This document shows, one piece after another, positions 22,545-25,488 of a DNA stretch of 25,488 nucleotides. Below the pieces are notes generated by a model. It had not been told where the DNA came from. It did no database searches and saw nothing but the letters and a program-made list of their open reading frames with translations. A program made the translations under genes and the position numbers. Source of the stretch: a virus (taxonomy: Duplodnaviria > Caudoviricetes); the IMG/VR virus record IMGVR_UViG_3300032295_001534, positions 1 through 25,488 of that record, one strand, 5' to 3'. Positions within the stretch are counted from its first letter, which is position 1. Each line of letters starts with the position of its first letter.

Positions 22545-22969
22545 ATCAATTTTCTATATAACTTATAGATAAAGTATACAATAGCAAAAATAATCAAAAA
22601 TGCTAATGTATTGTTTAGGAGCTTCTTCCACCAAGGGTACTTCTCAAATGTCCTAATAGGCACTTTACGCTCTACTATTTTAGTTATATAGACTGGATCG
22701 CATTTGCCTTGCACGTAAACTTTTTTCTCTTTAGGTACGTACCAGGTCTTAACTGTCACTCTGTCTTTGGTGATAGTGATGGTATCAGTCAATTCTTTTA
22801 ATGTGACCACAGTGTCAACCTCAACTTTTGGTATGTAGATTGATATTGTGTCACGAACAGTGACTGTGTCTGTTGTTAAAAGGTATGGGTACTTAGTTAT
22901 TAACCTCGTAAATCTTCTTTGTGGACTACAAGATACAATCAGGATAACAAAAGGAATTAAGTACTTCAT
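22541..22969 (-). CDS. Lipoprotein, possible unimolecular spanin
   Basis: Lipobox IVS-C, DT-rich beta region, C-terminal TM; lies in the lysis cassette. Confidence 0.6.
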   Translation of the reverse strand: MKYLIPFVILIVSCSPQRRFTRLITKYPYLLTTDTVTVRDTISIYIPKVEVDTVVTLKELTDTITITKDRVTVKTWYVPKEKKVYVQGKCDPVYITKIVERKVPIRTFEKYPWWKKLLNNTLAFLIIFAIVYFIYKLYRKLI

Positions 22970-23863
22970 TTAATATATCTTCTGAAGTGTAAATAAATCG
23001 CTATATATACTATTTGAAACATTTGCCGCAAACCAAGCTGCTGTTATGTCAAACTTATTATTAATAGTTGCATCAAATGTATCTTCGTTAAGATATATAA
23101 AGTTAGATGACTCAAATATATTTGTCCCATTCTTAAGATAAGAAAATTTTAAGTTGGTTGATATTTTAGCCACCCCGGATTCACCTATACTTCTAACTGT
23201 AAAGTTAACACTAATTTCAAAAGGTCTATTTGTGGTTGCGCCCAAGGTAATTACTGACAAAGAAAGTGTAGTGGCAAGGTTATTAAAGCCAACCCTAAAG
23301 CCAATTACTTGAGATGCTAAACAATTTAAATATCCACTTAAATTTGCAGAAAAGGAGTCACCTACTTTTAAAGTATTTGCAGGAAATATGATTGACCCTT
23401 CACTTCCATAATTTCTCAACTCAGACTCCATACAATCTAATGACTCAACTACACCACCATCGTCAAGAACACTTTCTTCAAAGTTAACATATATAAGCGA
23501 CTTAGCCTGAGTTGTATTTGTTACCGGAACACTCTTTGCTGTCTGGGCAAAGTTACCTCTTGGAGCAGAAGAGTAGTCGGGTATATTTAATGAGTTGTTG
23601 ACAAGTGTAGACGGACCAGAAGATCCAACTGTCGTTAATGTAATCTTGTCTTGCTTTGATGAATCTAATGACGATACATCACCATTTAGCGTATTTATGT
23701 TATTATTAGCAGCTGAGATATCGGAACTGTGCTTATTTGTAAGTTTCGATAATGCAATAATATCATCAATATTCTTATTAGCAGTAAGGCCGTTAAGGAG
23801 TTTCTTTCCCTGCGGTCCTACCGGTGAGCTAGTGCGTTTAGATTTAGGTCTAAATGCCATCAA
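22970..23863 (-). CDS. Putative virion/tail-associated protein
   Basis: Short coiled coil then Ser/Thr/Asn-rich beta domain; late operon. Confidence 0.55.
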   Translation of the reverse strand: MMAFRPKSKRTSSPVGPQGKKLLNGLTANKNIDDIIALSKLTNKHSSDISAANNNINTLNGDVSSLDSSKQDKITLTTVGSSGPSTLVNNSLNIPDYSSAPRGNFAQTAKSVPVTNTTQAKSLIYVNFEESVLDDGGVVESLDCMESELRNYGSEGSIIFPANTLKVGDSFSANLSGYLNCLASQVIGFRVGFNNLATTLSLSVITLGATTNRPFEISVNFTVRSIGESGVAKISTNLKFSYLKNGTNIFESSNFIYLNEDTFDATINNKFDITAAWFAANVSNSIYSDLFTLQKIY

Positions 23864-24209
23864 TCAATATTTTCGGTTCATAAGGAAACTCTTCTTTAAC
23901 ACTATGACCAGCGAATGCGTGCTTTGGGTTCTTAGGCTCTACTAAGTTAGCACCAAAATCATAAACTTCAGTACTCATTACGTCATAATGATAGCCATCA
24001 GCATATACGGGCGGAGTTACTATCTGCATACCATCCATTACGGGAGGGGTTAACATAATTTTTCCGATAGTTACCACAGCTTGTACGCCATTACCATAAG
24101 CCAAAGTTATTTTCTCGTCAATACCTTTAGTTTCGACTAATATGCCTTTTGACTTCAAATCTTCAATTCCTTCCTGTTCGTTATTGTAACAGAGCTTAAA
24201 AATGTTCAT
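23850..24209 (-). CDS. Hypothetical tail-associated protein (intact copy)
   Basis: MNIFKL.Y...DL..KG.L...GVQAVV.IG...GYHYDVMS...PKNPKHAFAG. Confidence 0.8.
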   Translation of the reverse strand: MNIFKLCYNNEQEGIEDLKSKGILVETKGIDEKITLAYGNGVQAVVTIGKIMLTPPVMDGMQIVTPPVYADGYHYDVMSTEVYDFGANLVEPKNPKHAFAGHSVKEEFPYEPKILIDGI

Positions 24210-24802
24210 ATTCTTATAAAATTTAGTCCTTTTGTTTTACCTCTTGCTATTGGTCTATCGTGAACACTATTTCCATTTACCGTACGATAGCTAGCGTTAA
24301 ATATTTCAACAGCCTCCCACATATAACAAATGGTGTTTGTTGTAAGTTCTTTTACTTTCATTGATGCTTGTCTCCAAGCCTCTTTTTGCCTTTGGCGAGT
24401 AACTTCACTTATTTGTATTCCTTTTTCTTTTCTTGTTCGCGATATTTTTTCTCTAGTTTCTTTATCGTGAACTCTACCTACCGAATAAGATATAAGCATC
24501 TCTTTCAGTTTTGCTTTTGTTTCTTCTGTATGTTTGAAACCAAAAGCACCTTCGCCGCCTAAAGTCATATTGCATAAGTTTTCTACACCTATTGAAGCAA
24601 TGAGGAATTTCTCCATTTCTTTAGCCGCTTCTAAACTTAGGTTTTCAGATATAATATCAACCTTTAAACCGTGTTTATTGTATTTGCGTTTCCAATAATC
24701 ATTTCTGTTTATTGTGTTGTACGCCCTTTTTACATCATTACCAATACCAACGTAAAAAATATCGTTGTTATCAGGTATTTTATGTATGTAAACTACTGCC
24801 AC
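24206..24802 (-). CDS. GIY-YIG-like homing endonuclease with NUMOD3 motifs
   Basis: VVYIH...FYVGIG...RA, E...I, NMTLGGEG, KHTEETKAKL / HDKETREKIS. Confidence 0.8.
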   Translation of the reverse strand: MAVVYIHKIPDNNDIFYVGIGNDVKRAYNTINRNDYWKRKYNKHGLKVDIISENLSLEAAKEMEKFLIASIGVENLCNMTLGGEGAFGFKHTEETKAKLKEMLISYSVGRVHDKETREKISRTRKEKGIQISEVTRQRQKEAWRQASMKVKELTTNTICYMWEAVEIFNASYRTVNGNSVHDRPIARGKTKGLNFIRI

Positions 24803-24951
24803 CCTATCTCAACAACTGCTTGAACTCCGCTTCCGTATGCTTCGTGTTTTTCTCCGTCTATTCCTTCGACCTCGATTAGCACCCCTTTTGCGTAAAGGTC
24901 AGCAACTGCGGCGGCCTTGTCTGAATAAGTCAGTTTAAATACATTTGTCAT
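24793..24951 (-). pseudogene. Truncated duplicate of the 5' half of gene 23850..24209 (52 aa)
   Basis: MTNVFKLTYSDKAAAVADLYAKGVLIEVEGIDGEKHEAYGSGVQAVVEIG-WQ*; aligns with MNIFKLCY...AYGNGVQAVVTIG. Confidence 0.85.
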
Positions 24952-25487
24952 ATGCTTGAAAGTTGTTGAAGTTGAGCGTTAGTTAGTCGAGTAGTCCAAA
25001 GTGCAGCGGCTTTCATTTGTTGCTTTTGAACTCCAGTAACACCTTGCCATTTATTCATTGCAACTTGGTTCATACCGCTTGGTATTGCAGTTGCACTTGT
25101 GTTTGAGTCAAGAAGTGTCCCATTAGCATACATTGCGAAGTCTCCGTTTTTATATCCGACTGCAATTTTATTGTTATTCGTTATGTTTAATGGAGCACCT
25201 AAATTAACAAAAGACGAGCCATTATTTATATAGCAATTTATATACCCACTTGAATGAACATAGTACAAAAGAACTGCAACGCTTGTATCGTTAGCAAATG
25301 TACCAAATATCCATAAGTCATTGCCAACGGATTGAGTTGTTCCGATACCCTCCCAAAACAAAGTTCCCTCTGTTTGTCCTATAAGCGAACTAATACCAGT
25401 CTTTGAAATAACATCTGCGTTTCGTGTTACACTTGCAGAGGTTGTAGGTATGTATGAAGTAGCGTAGCTTCCTGCTTCGAGTTGTGC
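24948..25487 (-). CDS. C-terminus of tail/fibre protein with LamG/ConA-like domain (partial)
   Basis: Frame open to the window edge: AQLEAGSYATSYIPTTSASVTRNAD...EGTLF...KIAVGY...YANG...RLTNAQLQQL. Confidence 0.8.
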   Translation of the reverse strand, partial: AQLEAGSYATSYIPTTSASVTRNADVISKTGISSLIGQTEGTLFWEGIGTTQSVGNDLWIFGTFANDTSVAVLLYYVHSSGYINCYINNGSSFVNLGAPLNITNNNKIAVGYKNGDFAMYANGTLLDSNTSATAIPSGMNQVAMNKWQGVTGVQKQQMKAAALWTTRLTNAQLQQLSSI

Positions 25488-25488
25488 G

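Noticed and set aside
22147-24562. ORFs 22147(-), 23595(+) and 24368(+)
   Set aside because: Alternative-frame or antisense shadows of the holin, tail and endonuclease genes.
24206-24802. Group I intron around the endonuclease
   Set aside because: The ORF overlaps coding sequence on both sides, leaving no room for a ribozyme core; the downstream gene has its own start.

Overview
Segment of an AT-rich tailed-phage genome, most likely infecting a Bacteroidota/Flavobacteriia host: there are no Shine-Dalgarno sites, start regions are A-rich, and a perfect TTTG-N19-TAnnTTTG promoter lies at 10880-10910. The + strand (1-21135) holds dozens of tiny accessory ORFs, an amidoligase + class II glutamine amidotransferase pair and a recombination/replication module (HTH, Rad52/Sak annealase, DnaB, MazG-like pyrophosphatase, DUF1064 nuclease, SSB), followed by two tRNA-like RNAs. 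The - strand (21132-25488) holds the end of the late operon: tail proteins, a GIY-YIG/NUMOD3 endonuclease, a spanin-like lipoprotein, holin and GH108 endolysin. The most notable signals are: (1) a ~24-bp junction repeat, AACCTTTAAACAACAAGAACAATG, in about 13 copies and 4 clusters, which sits between 140-285 bp mini-genes and nearly always supplies the next start codon, giving a cassette-array architecture; (2) mini-gene families with nucleotide-identical blocks and unalignable interiors; (3) two tRNA scaffolds whose anticodon region is replaced by 75-81 nt of other sequence; (4) a homing endonuclease flanked by a duplicated 5' end of its target gene; (5) a promoter-attenuator followed by ~300 nt of potentially structured non-coding sequence. 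All protein calls come from motif recognition by eye; no searches were run.
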